Shown: positions 1-13,048, counted from the stretch's first letter. The stretch is 64,000 nt of DNA from Octopus vulgaris (GCA_951406725.2 OX597839.1:38440001-38504000), one strand, 5' to 3'. Numbers and translations: made by a program. Notes: generated by a model not told the origin, from the letters alone.

Positions 1-123
1 GTAGAATGGAACAAGAAATGGTGAAAAGAAATGTTTTGCTAAAGAATACCACGTGCCGTCTGGTCTAGACCACTAAGCCTCATACCTTCACCTTATGTCT
101 GTGAAGTAGAAACGGGGTTAGAT

Positions 124-460
124 CGCTAGTTCTCAACAGGGGTCCATATAATATTAGGAGTGGGGGTACAAAACAAAATAGCAAATTGGGGATCCACGGT
201 GGTATTTCAAGCGCCTCTGAAAAATGTTTGCTTTAGATGTATGTGTTATGTATTGCAAGAAAAGAGTTAGGTTTATTTCTCCAACATTTTACGCAGTTCA
301 ACTTACACAAGTTAATGTGTGAAAGAGAAAATAAGAATTTTGAAAGAAGTTTCTATAAAACTAGTTTTTGAACATCGAAAGGCCAGGGGGTCTATCAGAC
401 TAGAATGGTAACCACACAGGTCCATTGATAAAAGAATAAAAAAACGGTTGAGAACCACTG
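124..460. mobile_element. hAT (Charlie-like) MITE
   Basis: TIRs of CAGTGGTTCTCAAC type; degenerate 8-bp TSD ggttagat/gattcgat. Related fragments at about 13404-13505, 27044-27250 and 39972-40590. Confidence 0.7.
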
Positions 461-699
461 GATTCGATGGTCGCGTCCGGAAAGCGTTTTACAAAGTTGC
501 TGGGTCAAGAAAGTCCTGTTGTTAAACAACAATAACAACAGCAACATCATTGCTTTCACAGATGTTGTTTCATCTTCTTCGCCTCCCGTCTTGCTTTCTC
601 CACAACTTGATGGCTGATGTTTTGTTAAAATCTCGTTGACGGTCAGCCGAGAAAGTACGAGACTCTCCATCATTAACAAACATCACACACACCATCACT

Positions 700-1001
700 T
701 CGACCATTTCCTCTCTGTATCTACCTATCTATCTATCTATCTATCTGTCTGTCTATCAGTGTTACTCTTTCTGTGTATGTGTCTCTCTCTATCTCTTTAT
801 CTCCCACCCTTTCTCTATTTATCTGTTTCTCTCCTCTCTCTTTCTCTGTGTGACTTTATTTATGTATCTATCTTCCTTTCTCTCTCTCTCTCTCTACCGG
901 TCTATCTACTTATTTATCTATCTATCTTCCTTTCTCTCTCTCTCTCTACCGGTCTATCTTTTTGACAAAGCAATAACTTTCGATACATATTTTATTCGTT
1001 T

Positions 1002-1036
<35 letters not shown>

Positions 1037-2096
1037 CTATCTATCTTTCCCTGTCTTTGTTTCCGAAAACAATAACTGCCACCTATCCCCTATCTTCTTC
1101 TCTTCTATTCTCTTTCTTTCTGTTACTCTCATTCTATTTCTCTGTATGTCTCTCTCCCTTCTCCTCCCTGTCTTTCATTCTTTGTTGTATATCTGTTTTT
1201 CAACCTCCAACTCTCTTAACTTCTCTCTCTCTGTTTCACATCTCTGCCTCTCTGCGTTTCTTTCCTCTCCCTTCGCCTTCCTTTGCCTTGTTTATCTCTC
1301 TCTATCTACCTCTACCTTCTCCTCTTTTTCCTCAAACTTTCCTTTCTTTCTCTCTCTTTCTACTACTCTGGTGGTTCACTTTCTTTCTTTCTTTGTTGTT
1401 CAACTCGCTTAACTTCCTCCTTCCCTTTTCCATCTATTCTCACTCTTACTGTCTCTCTCTCTTTCTCTCTTTCTTTCTTCTCTTCTTGTTTCATTTCTTT
1501 GTTATTTCTCCGTCGTTTCTTCAATTCTATCTCTCTCTCTCTTTCATTCTTCCCTTCCCATCAATTTATATCTTTATCCTCCTCCTTTCTCTATTTTCTT
1601 TATTATCCTCTTCCTCCTTCCTTTCTCTTAAGCGTTTTACTTCCAGCCCTTCCTCCTCCTTATTCTTTCGTTTCTTTGTGTTCCATTATATTTCAATCCT
1701 TTCTCTCTCTCTCTCTCTTTTCTGCTCTACTTTATCTCCTTCCTCCTCCCACTTTCACTCCATCTCTTTTACTTACATTATTTCTCTCTTTATTTCCCCC
1801 TCACTCTATCTATCACTTTTCACTCTCTATCTTCATTACTTCTGTCTATCACTTTTCCCTTCACTCTTACTTTTTTTCTTGCAACGCTGTCTCTATCTCT
1901 TTTTCTCCTCTCTTTCTGTTTGTTTCTCACCTTCTCTATTCTTGTTCCCCCTCTCTCTTTCTCTTATATATCTATCTATCTATGTATGTATAACTTTTAC
2001 TATCTCTCCCTCATCCCTTAACTATCTTAAACTAATTACTATAACACTCCTTCCTTCTCACATCTGTCTCATTCTTTTCCCCATCGCTCTCTCTAC

Positions 2097-2139
<43 letters not shown>

Positions 2140-2276
2140 CCTATCTATCTACCTATCTGTCTATCTATCTATCTATCTACCTGTCTATCTATCTACCTAC
2201 CTATCTATCTATCTACCTACCTATCTACCTATCTATCTATCTATCTACCTATCTATCTATCTGTCTATTCATCTAC

Positions 2277-2335
<59 letters not shown>

Positions 2336-2660
2336 CCTATCTATCTATCTATCTATCTACCTATCTATCTACCTATCTCTCTCTATCTGTCCAGCTCAAC
2401 TTCCGTGCCTCTCTTCCGCTCTCTCTTTATATTTCCTCTTTTTTACCTGTCACTTCCTTCCACTCTTTTTCTTTCTTTCTTTCTCTTTCTCTCTCACCCT
2501 CACCTCTTCCTTGTCACTTCCCTCACGCCTTTGTTTCTCTTTCTCTTTCTCTTCGATCTATACATACGCACCACCACCTCTACCTCTCTTTTATTACACA
2601 TCTCTCTATCTTTCTATTTTGCTCTCTCTCTCTCTCTCTCTCTCTCCTCTCTCTTTCTCT
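700..2660. repeat. Polypyrimidine low-complexity tract with (CT)n and a (CTAT)n array at about 2090-2380
   Basis: Direct reading of the sequence. Confidence 0.95.
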
Positions 2661-2730
2661 AAAACACACTTGTCTTGGGCCTTCAAAATTCTGATAGAGT
2701 CGTACGGGTGTACCGTAATGACTAGCTTAC

Positions 2731-2917
2731 AGCAAACCAGTTTTTTTCCATCTGTCGCGATTGTATGTCAAGGATTGGCCTAGGAATAGAGCGAGCAGTG
2801 ACGTTCTCAGTTAACGATTTCCTTGTCCATTCTTTGACGCCATCCATTTCTTCTTCTTCTTCACTCCCACCTTTTTCATGGTTCATAGAAGAAATGGGCT
2901 TCGCAACGTCACTGGAT
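2731..2917 (-). CDS. Candidate exon of an unidentified minus-strand gene (..MNHEKGGSEEEEEMDGVKEWTRKSLTENVTARSIPRPILDIQSRQMEKNWFA)
   Basis: Island of unique, protein-like sequence between low-complexity tracts. GTAAGC donor at phase 0. The 5' boundary is uncertain (exon start after AG at 2917 or 2911, or ATG at 2886). Confidence 0.5.
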
Positions 2918-2963
2918 CTTGTTATATGGCCAAATACGCACGCAAACATATACACACACACAT

Positions 2964-2994
<31 letters not shown>

Positions 2995-3217
2995 CACGCG
3001 CGCATTGCCGTCTTGAGACACGGGCACGTCGGGCAGTTTTGCCCGGGGGTGTGGGATGCCGACATATCCTGGGACCGAATTCGAATTTGAATATACAGTT
3101 TGTTTTCAATAAATATATATATATATATATATATCGGGCCCTATGCATTGATTTGCCGGGAAACGGCTCCATGTGTGTGCGTGTATATATATATATATAT
3201 ATATACATATAACATAT

Positions 3218-3255
<38 letters not shown>

Positions 3256-3379
3256 TGTGTAATGTCTGTATATAAGTCTCTTTGTCTTTTTTCCGTGTCG
3301 TTCCTTGTCAAGTCCTTCCTCCTACTTCCTCCCAACATTACTCTTCCTGCTACCCTTTCTGTCTGTCTATTTCTCTCTC

Positions 3380-3668
3380 CCTCTCTCTCTCTTACTTTCT
3401 CCTCTCTTTCTCCGTCACACGTTTCTTACCTTTCTCCTTCTCTTACCACTCTCGCTAACACACCGTCCCCTCTCTCTCTCTCTCTTACTTCCTCCTCTCT
3501 TTCTCCGTCACACGTTTCTTACCTTTCTCCTTCTCTTAACGCTCTCGCTAACACACCGTCCCCTCTCTCTCTCTCTCTTACTTCCTCATCTTTTTCTCCG
3601 TCACACGTTTCTTACCTTTCTCCTTCTCTTACCGCTCTCGCTAACACACCGTCCTCTCTCTCTCTCTG
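3380..3668. repeat. Minisatellite, 93-bp unit x3
   Basis: CCGTCACACGTTTCTTACC recurs at 3412, 3505 and 3598. Confidence 0.9.
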
Positions 3669-3884
3669 TCTCATACTCATTCGTCCTGCCACTTTCTTTC
3701 TCTCTCTTTGCCATTTTTTTCCTTCTCCCTCACACTTTTTCAAACGTCTCACCATCTGTCATCACTCCCCGCGAGGCATCGTCCTCCCTGTTTCCCTTTC
3801 TCCCTCACCTCACACTCACACTCATCCACTTTCTCTATCTATCTCTTTCACTCTTCCTCACACCGTCTCTCATACACTCACCTA

Positions 3885-4140
3885 AACACCACCACCCTCT
3901 CTGTCTCTCTCTATCTCTCTATCTATCTATCTATCTCTCCCATTCACTCCGTCCATCCCTCTCACCAGCACCACTTCACCACCACCCTCTCTCTCTATCT
4001 CTCCCATTCACTCCGTCCATCCCTCTCACCAGCACCACTTCACCACCACCCTCTCTCTCTCTCTCTCTCTTTCTCTCTATCCATCTATCTATCTCTCCCA
4101 TTCACTCCGTCCATCCCTCTCACCAGCGCCACTCACCACT
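3885..4140. repeat. Minisatellite (CTCCCATTCACTCCGTCCATCCCTCTCACCAGC..) x3
   Basis: Direct reading of the sequence. Confidence 0.85.
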
Positions 4141-5731
4141 CCTACTCCTCCTATTCCACTTCCTCCTACTCCGACACTAATCTCTCCTACCACTACCACC
4201 TCTCCTCTCACTCAACCACCAAGCTACCCGCTATCCTACTCAAAGCTCCACTGTTGTTGCCCAGCTAACTTTATATTCCGGGTACATTCTACCAACTGTT
4301 TCACAAACTTTCCTCTTTCACCACCACTTCCCCCCTCTCTTCCACCTTACTCTTAGGTATTTATATCATATTTATACATTATATTATTTATATATTATAT
4401 TGTTTATACACCTTCCATTCATATGTCTGTCTGTTCGTCTTACTGGCCTCTGATGTGTGTATATATATATATATACATACATACATATATATATTATATA
4501 CACACATACGTTATCTGTATGTTTATATAGTTTTATAGTATATATTTGCATATAGTTATTGAATATTATCAGTGTGTATAGAATTATATATCGTCCTATT
4601 AAATTACTGTATATATGTAAATCTGTAGTGTGTATATAATATATATATATGTATATATACATACATTATATGTCCCGTCTTTGTGTTCAAACCGTTGTTC
4701 CTCCACATGGGACAATTCTCATATTCTGTATAGATTTGTGTGTGTATATATTGAATGTGTGTGTTTGTGTATATATATATGCCTGTGCATGTATGTATGT
4801 ATGTGTATGTATATATATATATATATATATATATTATACACGTGCGTTGTATAGTGTTTATATACATAAACACGCATACATATAGTGCATATATACACAC
4901 AAAGTCTTATGGCCATGATGGAGCACCGCAGTAAAGCCTTTGTATATATTTTGATTTCTTGGAAAACATGCGTGTTTGTATATGCTATACATATTTTACA
5001 GATGTGTGTATACACATCTTATAAACGTGTATATATACATGACAAAATACCTACACACTGTGTATGTTCCAACATTCGGGCTTGGGTGTTTTTTTTTCTT
5101 CCAGATTTGAAACACTTTTAACATAACGTCCACATGTGTATACACACACATATATATATGTATGTATGTATGTAGAATATATTACTTTATATATAGTACA
5201 CACACACACACATACACTCATCACAGCTGCTTTCTCTGACACTATACACAATATATAGCTTTAAACACACAAAACATATAAAGACTTGCCAACAATTGCA
5301 CCAGACTGGTTTTTTGTCTATTGATGTTGATTAATAATAATAATAATAATGATATGATTTCTGATAGATACGCAAGAGAGGACTGGATGTGTTAGTCGAT
5401 TATATTAATTCAAATTCCGCCGAGGTCGACTTTGCCTTTCATCCTTTCGGGGGTCGATAATAAAGTACCAGTTACGCACTGGGGGGAGGGGTGTCGATGT
5501 AATCGACTTAATCCCTTTGTCTGTCCTTGTTTGTCCCCCTCTATGTTTAGCCCCTTGTGGGCAGTAAAGAAATATATATTATTAATTCTCGTTCGTACTC
5601 CAATAGTACTTTTTTTTTCTATCGACCCAGGAAGGGTGAAAAAGCAAAGTTTAGACGTCAGTGGGATTTGAACTTGGAACGTAAAGTTCACTAAGGTGAT
5701 GATGATGATGATGGTCAAAGGATACAGAGCG

Positions 5732-5768
<37 letters not shown>

Positions 5769-7126
5769 TTATGAATGTATATGTGTGTGTGTGGGTTTAT
5801 GAATGTATATGTATGTGTATGAATGTATGTGTGTGTGTGTGTATATAATTCGTATGTAACAATACCGGAAATATAAAATAACAAAGAAAACAACTACTCT
5901 GATCCTAGACGCAGACATGTGCCTATACACATATATATATATGTGTGTCCTTATAAGATATGCACTTTTGAATATATATATATACTTCTGTGTATTTGTA
6001 TATACCTGAATATTTATATAAAGGCGATGCTCCAGCATGGCCGCAGTCAAATGACTGAAATAGGTAAAAGAGTATGTATATTTATATGCTTACACGTATA
6101 TATATGTGTGTATTTATATACATACATGTGCATAAATGCATACACGTGTGAATATGTATATATATATACATCTGTGTGTGTGTGTGTATATTCCATCACG
6201 TTATTTTATGATGTTTAGATATATATATGTATATAGTCATGTATGCACATCAACATATACACAGGTTTACATGTATGTATGTATGTGTTATAGACGTGTT
6301 TGAACTATATATGTACGCATCTTTCTACATGTGTGAATATATGTATTCCAGTATAAGCAGTGTATACATCTGAGCATCAATACACATTGTCCATCTCTGT
6401 CACATCTGTCTCTATATATATATATATGAGGGAAAACAGCGTGTGAATATATCCGTGATTACATGTGTATGTGTGTGTCTTTATATGTAGGTATGTATGT
6501 ACGTACACATTCAATCTGGGATGTGTTGAGTGTGTTTAGATTTAATACCGATCACGAATCGTGAATGAATGAACATCACGACGCAACAGCCCTGTCCTAA
6601 CCACCCCGTTCTTCCCTCTTTCTTTTCTTGACCTCCCACGTTACCGCGCACGACACATTTTTTTTTTGTTCCCCGCTAAACATGTGATGTTATCCCAGGA
6701 CAAATATATTCATCTTCTCTCTCTCTTCCATTGATGCTTAAATGAGAAGAATGTCTAAGCCCCTCATCATTGCTGTCTTTGTTGCTCGCCCCTTTCTTTC
6801 ACTGCCCCCTGTCTTTCTTTGCCGATTCAACCCTTACCGTATTCCCCGTGCCAACGTGCTGGGGTCGCTGTCGCTCGATCCGTTAGAAATAGCAGCCAGA
6901 CGTCGCAAATTACAACCTTACCAACCGTCTGAAAATATAAGATAGTGCGTGTGTGTGTGTGTGTATCTTTTGCCTGCTTCAGTCATTGGACTGCGACCAC
7001 GCTGGGGCACCGCCTCGAATGGGTTTAGTCGAACAAATCGACCCTACTGAAGTTGTTTTTGTTTTTCTTTTATCGTGCTTCTTTGCCGAGCCGCTAATCA
7101 TGAGACTTCAACACGCCAGCACTGTT

Positions 7127-7517
7127 GGGACTGTGTGGTTAGTAGCCCTGCTTACCAACCACATGGTTCCCGGTTCATTTCCACTGCGTGGCACCGTGGG
7201 CAAGTGTCTTCTGAAGCCTCGGGTCCACCAAAGCCTTTGTGAGTGGATTTGGTAGGCGGAAACTGAAAGAAGCCCGTCGTATGTACGTATAATATATATA
7301 TATATATGTATGTGTGTGTATATGTTTGTGTGTCTGTGTTTGTCCCCCCAACATCGCTTGACAACCAATGGTGGTGTGTTTACGTCCGCGTAAACTAGCG
7401 GTTCGGCAAAAGGGACCGATAGAATAAGTACTAAAGAATAAGTCCTGGGGTCGATTTGGTCGACTAAAACCGGTGCTCCAGCATGGCTGCTGTCAAATGA
7501 CTGAAACAAGTAAAAGA
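7127..7517 (+). mobile_element. tRNA-derived SINE family A
   Basis: Pol III A/B-box-like head, CCTTGGGCAAGT-type core, internal (TA/TG)n, 3' ...GACTGAAACAAGTAAAAGA tail. More than 20 full or partial copies in the window. Confidence 0.85.
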
Positions 7518-7534
7518 TATATATATATATACAC

Positions 7535-7896
7535 TCTACTCTCTTTTACTTGTTTCAGTCATTTGACTGCGGCCATGCTGGAGCACCACCTTTAATCGAG
7601 CAACTCGACCCCAGTACTTATTCTATCGGTCACTTTTGCCGGACCGGTAAGTGACGGAGACATAAACACACCAGCATCGGTTGTCAAGCAATACTAGGGG
7701 GACAAACACAGACACATATATATACATACACATATATACGACGGGCTTCTTTTCAGTTTCCGTCTACCAAATCCACTCACAAGGCTTTGGTCGGCCCGAG
7801 GCTATAGTAGAAGACACTTGCCCAAGGTGCCATGCAGTGGGACTGAACCTGGAACCATGTGGCTGGTAAGCAAGCTACTTACCACACAGCCACTCC
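7535..7896 (-). mobile_element. SINE family A
   Basis: Reverse-complement copy adjacent to 7127-7517. Confidence 0.85.
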
Positions 7897-8190
7897 ATAT
7901 ATATATATGGCTTCTGCATAGCTTCTTGCAACCAAATTCACTTACAGTGGGATCGAGCCAACGTTGTTGTAGAAGGACTAAGGGGCTGTGCAGTTTTACT
8001 GACCTCGGAAAGCACGTGGTTGCAAAGCGAGCATCTTAGCCAGGAAGAAAATGAGACGGCCATGGTTGGAATTGAACTGTTGGATCACTGCTGACACGAG
8101 GCTTCGTCACTACCACTATCGCCATCACCATCGTTACCAGAACAAGCACACCTCTACTGCCATCAACACCCGAACTACTGCTACCGCCTC

Positions 8191-8785
8191 AAATACCTAT
8201 TTCTTTACTACCCACAAGGGGCTAAACACAGAGAGGGGACAAACAAGGACAGACAAATGGATCAAGTCGATTACATCGACCCCTGTTTATTTAATCGACC
8301 CTGAAAGGATGAAAGGCAAAGTCGACCTCGGTGGAATTTGAACTCAGAACGTAGCAACAGACAAAATACTTATTTCTTTACTACCCACAAGGGGCTAAAC
8401 ACAGAGGGGACAAACAAGGACAGACAAATGGATCAAGTCGATTACATCGACCCCAGTGCGTAACTGGTACTTATTTAATCGACCCCGAAAGGATGAAAGG
8501 CAAAGTCGACCTCGGCGGAATTTGAACTCAGAACGTAGCGACAGACAAAATACTTATTTCTTTACTACCCACAAGGGGCTAAACACAGAGAGGACAAACA
8601 AGGACAGACAAATGGATCAAGTCGATTACATCGACTTCTGGGTAACTGGTACTTATTTGATCGACCCCGAAAGGATGAAAGGCAAAGTCGACCTCGGTGG
8701 AATTTGAACTCAAAACGTCGTGGCAGACGAAATACTGCTAAGCATTTCGCTTGGCTTGCTAACGATTTTGCCGGACATCGCCACC
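8191..8785 (-). mobile_element. SINE family B (MetaSINE-like) multimer: one head plus three ~180-bp body/tail units
   Basis: B box GAGTTCAAATTCC. Central GTCGACTTTGCCTTTCATCCTTTCGGGGTCGATAAATAAGTACCAG resembles the Meta domain and is repeated three times. Confidence 0.85.
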
Positions 8786-8939
8786 ACTGCCAACACCATC
8801 ATCATCATCGCTAACACCACATTCACACCGTCGCTACTAACATGCCTTCCATCCTCATAACCACCCTCCAACTACCATACCATCACTACTTTTGGGCTAT
8901 GGAATCGTCCTGACCACCCAGCCTCCCCTTAATAAACTC

Positions 8940-9543
8940 CCTATAGCTTACAGGGACATAAACACACCAGCATTGGTTGTCAAGCGATGTTGGGGTGGGG
9001 ACAAACACAGGTACACAAACACACAAATATATGACTGGTTTCTTTCAGTTTCTGTCTACCAAATCCACTCACAAGGCTTTGGTCAGGCCAAGGCTATAGT
9101 AGAAGACACTTGCCCAAGGTGCCACGCAGTGGGACTGAACCTGGAGCCATGCCACTCCTGCGCCTCTCTCTCGCTATATATATACTCTTTTACTTGTTTC
9201 AGTCATTTGACTGCGGCCATGCTGGGGCACCGCCTTTAATCGAGCAACTCGACCCCGGGACTTATTCTTTTGTAAGCCCAGTACTTATTCTATTGGTCTA
9301 TTTTGCCGAACTGCTAAGTTACGGGGACATAAACACACCAGCATCGGTTGTCAAGCAATGCTAGTGGGACAAACACAGACACACAAACACACACGCACAT
9401 ACATATATACGACAGGCTTCTTTCAGTTTCCGTCTACCAAATCCACTCACAAGGCATTGGTCGGCCCGAGGCTATAGTAGAAGACACTTGCCCAAGGTGC
9501 CACGCAGTGGGACTGAACCCGGTGCCATCCCACTCCTGCGCCT
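8940..9543 (-). mobile_element. Two tandem SINE family A copies
   Basis: Both carry the same deletion of about 30 nt in the head. Confidence 0.8.
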
Positions 9544-9772
9544 CTCTCTCTCTATATATATATAAATATATATATATACTGCATTTAGTGGTAAGGTATC
9601 AGGTTTCAAACAGAACAAATGAATTGACGCTGTTGTCACTTTTTGGTCAACTTGTAAGTGTGTGTGTGTGTGTTTGTCCTCCCTCCACTGCTTGACAACC
9701 ATTGTTCATTTGTTTACATCCCTGTAACTTAGTGGTTTTGCAAAACAGACCCCATATGAAAGAAAGGCGAAA

Positions 9773-10140
9773 GAGTGGCTGTGTGGTAAGTAGCTGTAGC
9801 TTGCTTACCAACCACATGGTTCCGGGTTCAGTCCCTCAGCATGGCACCTTGGGCAAGTGTCTTCTACTATAGCCTTGGGCCGACCAAAGCCTTGTGAGTG
9901 GATTTGGTAGATGGAAACTGAAAGAAGCCTGTTGTATATATTTATATATATATATATATATATGTTTGTGTGTCTGTGTTTGTCCCCCCCAACAACGCTT
10001 GACAACTGATACTGGTGTGTTTACATCCCCGTAACTTAGCGGTTCAGCAAGAGACTCCAATAGAATAAGTACTAGGCTTGCAAAGAGTAACTCCTGTGGT
10101 TGATTTGTTCGACTAAAGGCGGTGCTCCAGCATGGCCAAA
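9773..10140 (+). mobile_element. SINE family A
   Basis: Homology to other copies. Confidence 0.85.
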
Positions 10141-10256
10141 ACAAAAGGAATAAATGGTGGGGTTGACTTGTGCTACTAAAGCCCTTTGGGGCTGTGCCCC
10201 CAACATATCTGCAGTCCAGTGACACATAAATGATAAACAGTAATCATTATCTAGCC

Positions 10257-10432
10257 CAGTGCTCCGCAACCGGTATTCCATGGCATACTGGTGTTCCACA
10301 AGACGGTGCTAGATGTGCCACAGTGTAACTTGAATATAATTTTTCCCCCCCATACGTTTAGTTGTATTTTTGGTTCAGGTGTGCTGCTGAATTTTGGAAA
10401 GAATATAAGTGGGAAAAGGTTGCAGAGCACTG
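10257..10432. mobile_element. hAT MITE
   Basis: TIRs CAGTGCTCCGCAACC / GGTTGCAGAGCACTG; 8-bp TSD atctagcc/atgtagac, close to the NTCTAGAN Charlie target. Confidence 0.75.
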
Positions 10433-10730
10433 ATGTAGACCCTTAGAAGTGTCTCCCTGCAAAATTTCATTCAAAGATATGCATTTCCCAAAACATTATG
10501 AGCAAATAGGTACAGCTGTGTGGTAAGAAGTTTGCTTTCTAACCAAATGGTTCCAGGTTCAGTCCCACCTCTTGACACCGTGGGCAAGTGTCCTCTACTA
10601 TAACCCCAGGTTGATCAATGCCTTGAGAGTAAATTTGTGTGAGGTTCAGTCCCGCTGTGTGAGTAGATTTCAGGGACAAAAGCTGAAAGAATCTAGTTGT
10701 GTGTGTGTATATATGTATATGTGTGTGTGA

Positions 10731-11054
10731 AGGCACATGGCTCAGTGGTTAGAGCGTCGAGCTTATGATCGCAAGGTTGTGAGTTCAAATCCCGGACCAA
10801 GCTGCGTATTGTGTTCTTGAGCAAGACCCTTTATTTCACGTTGCTCCAGGTCACTCAGCTGTAGAAATGAGTTGTGCCAAACTGTATCGGCCCCTTTGCT
10901 TTTCCATTGGATAACACTGGTGGCGTGGAGAGGGGAGGCTGATATGCATGGGCGACTGCTGGTCTCCCATAAACAACCTTTTACCTGGACTTGTGCCTAG
11001 GAGGGTCACTTTCTAGGTGCAATCTCATGGTCAGTCATGACCGAAGAGGGTCTT
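10731..11054 (+). mobile_element. tRNA-derived SINE family D
   Basis: Head TGGCTCAGTGGTTAGAGCGTC..GAGTTCAAATCCC, core GTGTTCTTGAGCAAGAC..TTGCTCCAG. Other copies at about 15610-15905(-), 17340-17652(-), 31217-31880(+), 51205-51410(-), 52305-52628(-), 53845-54125(+). Confidence 0.8.
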
Positions 11055-11434
11055 AGCATATACCATCAGCAGTTAATTTCTGCATGTGGCATCTTGGTTT
11101 CCGGATCTCAATACTGTTATCTCTATGTGTGTTTTTGAATCTGTGTTTGTCCCCCCCCCCAACACCACCACTAGATAGCCGGTGTTGCTGTGTTTACACC
11201 CTATGACTCAGCAGTTCGGCAAAAAGAACTTGGTAGAGCGAGTACCAGGCTTAAAAGTAGAAGTCCTGGGGATGATTCATTCGACTAGGAGTCTTCAAGG
11301 CAGTGCCCCAGCATGGCCACTGAACTGTAAGTGAAACAATAAAAACAAAGTCAGTGGGGTACCAAAGTGTAATTATGCCTATCTTGTGTTGTTTGTTCTG
11401 TTAGATTTAATGGCTATATTTTCTCTCTCACAAA

Positions 11435-11830
11435 GTGGTGAGCTGGCAGCATGATTAACACGCTGGGCGAAATGCTTCGCAATATTTTGTGTCGTTACGT
11501 TCTGAGTTCAAATTCCACCACAGTTGACTTTGCCTTTCATCCTTTCGGGGTCGATAAATTAAGTACCAGTTGCATACTGGGGTTGATCTAATTGACTGGT
11601 CCCCTCCTCCAAAATTTCGGGCCTGGAGTGGAAAAGTATATTTTAATGCAGTGAGCTGGCAAAAATGTTAGCACACAGGGCGAAATGCTTAGCGGTATTT
11701 CGTCTGTCTTTACGTTCTTAGTTCAAATTTGGGGGTCGATAAATTAAGTACCTGTTGCGTACTGGGGTTGATCTAATCGACTGGCCCCCTCCCCCCAAAT
11801 TTCAGGCCTTGTACCTAGAGTAGAACAGTA
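11435..11830 (+). mobile_element. Two tandem SINE family B copies
   Basis: GAGCTGGCAG head and Meta-like core. Confidence 0.8.
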
Positions 11831-12624
11831 TATTTTCTCCCTCTCCTCTCTCTTTATTCTCTTAATCAGAAAGCTTCCATGTAAGACACTGGCCCCTTTT
11901 CAATGTAACTGCCAAATTCCCTTCAATAAACTCCAAGCCCCTTTAATTTTTTTTTTTTTTTCATCTCTTAGAAAAAGATAGGGACTGCATGATGGTGTCA
12001 CCAGCAAAGCTTTCTACGCAGCATGTTGACATACCCAGCATAATAAAAACCCCGCATTTCTGTAATAAAACAGCTATCACTGCCTTTCACATAGGAACCG
12101 CAGGAGCTTGAGGCAGGAGGAAGAGATCTGGGTGTAAGGTTACTTGATTAGATCAATGCAATAGCCAAATGTCTTGTCAATAAACCCCACCAAATTTTCT
12201 CACGATAGTCACAATAGGGCTGGTTAGTCAGCCAGCCACCTGCTCTCTCTTCCACCCCACCTAGGTAGGTCACCCCCCACCTGCCATCCACCTGAAACAG
12301 TTCTGACTGGCAGAGTTGGATTCGAAGGTATACAGGTAGTAGCTTTTATCTTTTGCTTGTTTCTGTCATAAGATAGTGGCCATGCTGGAGCCCCACTTTG
12401 AGTAGTTCTTTTTTTGTTTTGTAGAATGAATTGATCCCAAGACTTATTTTTGGTGTAACGCCTGGTGCTTATTCTAGCGGTCTTTTGTTGAACCGCTAAG
12501 TTACTGGGATGTAAACATAACACCAGATGTCAAGTGGTTGTGGGGGACAGACAGACACACACACACACACACAGGGTCTTTCTGTTTCCGGCTATCAAAT
12601 GTGTATATATATATATATATATAT

Positions 12625-12825
12625 TCTTTTATTCATTTCAGTCATTTTGACTGCGGCCATACTGGAGCACTATCTTTAATCGAACAAATTGACCCCAAGA
12701 CTTATTCTTTGTAAGCCTAGTACTTATTCTGTGTCTCTTTTGCTGAACTGCTAAGTTATGAGGCCGTAAACACACCAACATCAGTTGTCAAGCGATGGTG
12801 TGGGGACAAACACAGGCTCACAAAC

Positions 12826-12880
<55 letters not shown>

Positions 12881-13048
12881 CATTTATAGACACACACAAC
12901 AGGCTTCTTTCAATTTCTGCCTACCAAATCCACTCACAAGGCTTTGGTCGGCCCGAGGCTATAGTAGAAGACATTTGCCCAGGATGCCACACAGTGGGAC
13001 TGAACCCGGAACCATGTGGTTGGGAAGCAAGCTTCTTACCATACAGCC
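12625..13048 (-). mobile_element. SINE family A
   Basis: Homology to other copies. Confidence 0.8.

Noticed and set aside
395-679. 94-aa minus-strand ORF in partly unique sequence
   Set aside because: Its end runs into the hAT MITE, it includes a (TTG)n-derived Leu run, and I found no convincing splice signals. It may be UTR or intronic.
850-2694. 614-aa ORF rich in L/S/F/Y, and overlapping ORFs to 4268
   Set aside because: Translation of (CT)n/(CTAT)n low-complexity DNA that lacks stops by composition; several frames are open and there is no domain.
7681-9695. Apparent multicopy protein family (..QIHSQGFGRPEAIVEDTCPRCHAVG.., ..FQSFDCGHAGAPPL.., ..LIDPERMKGKVDLGGI)
   Set aside because: These are antisense translations of SINE families A and B; frames are not conserved between copies.
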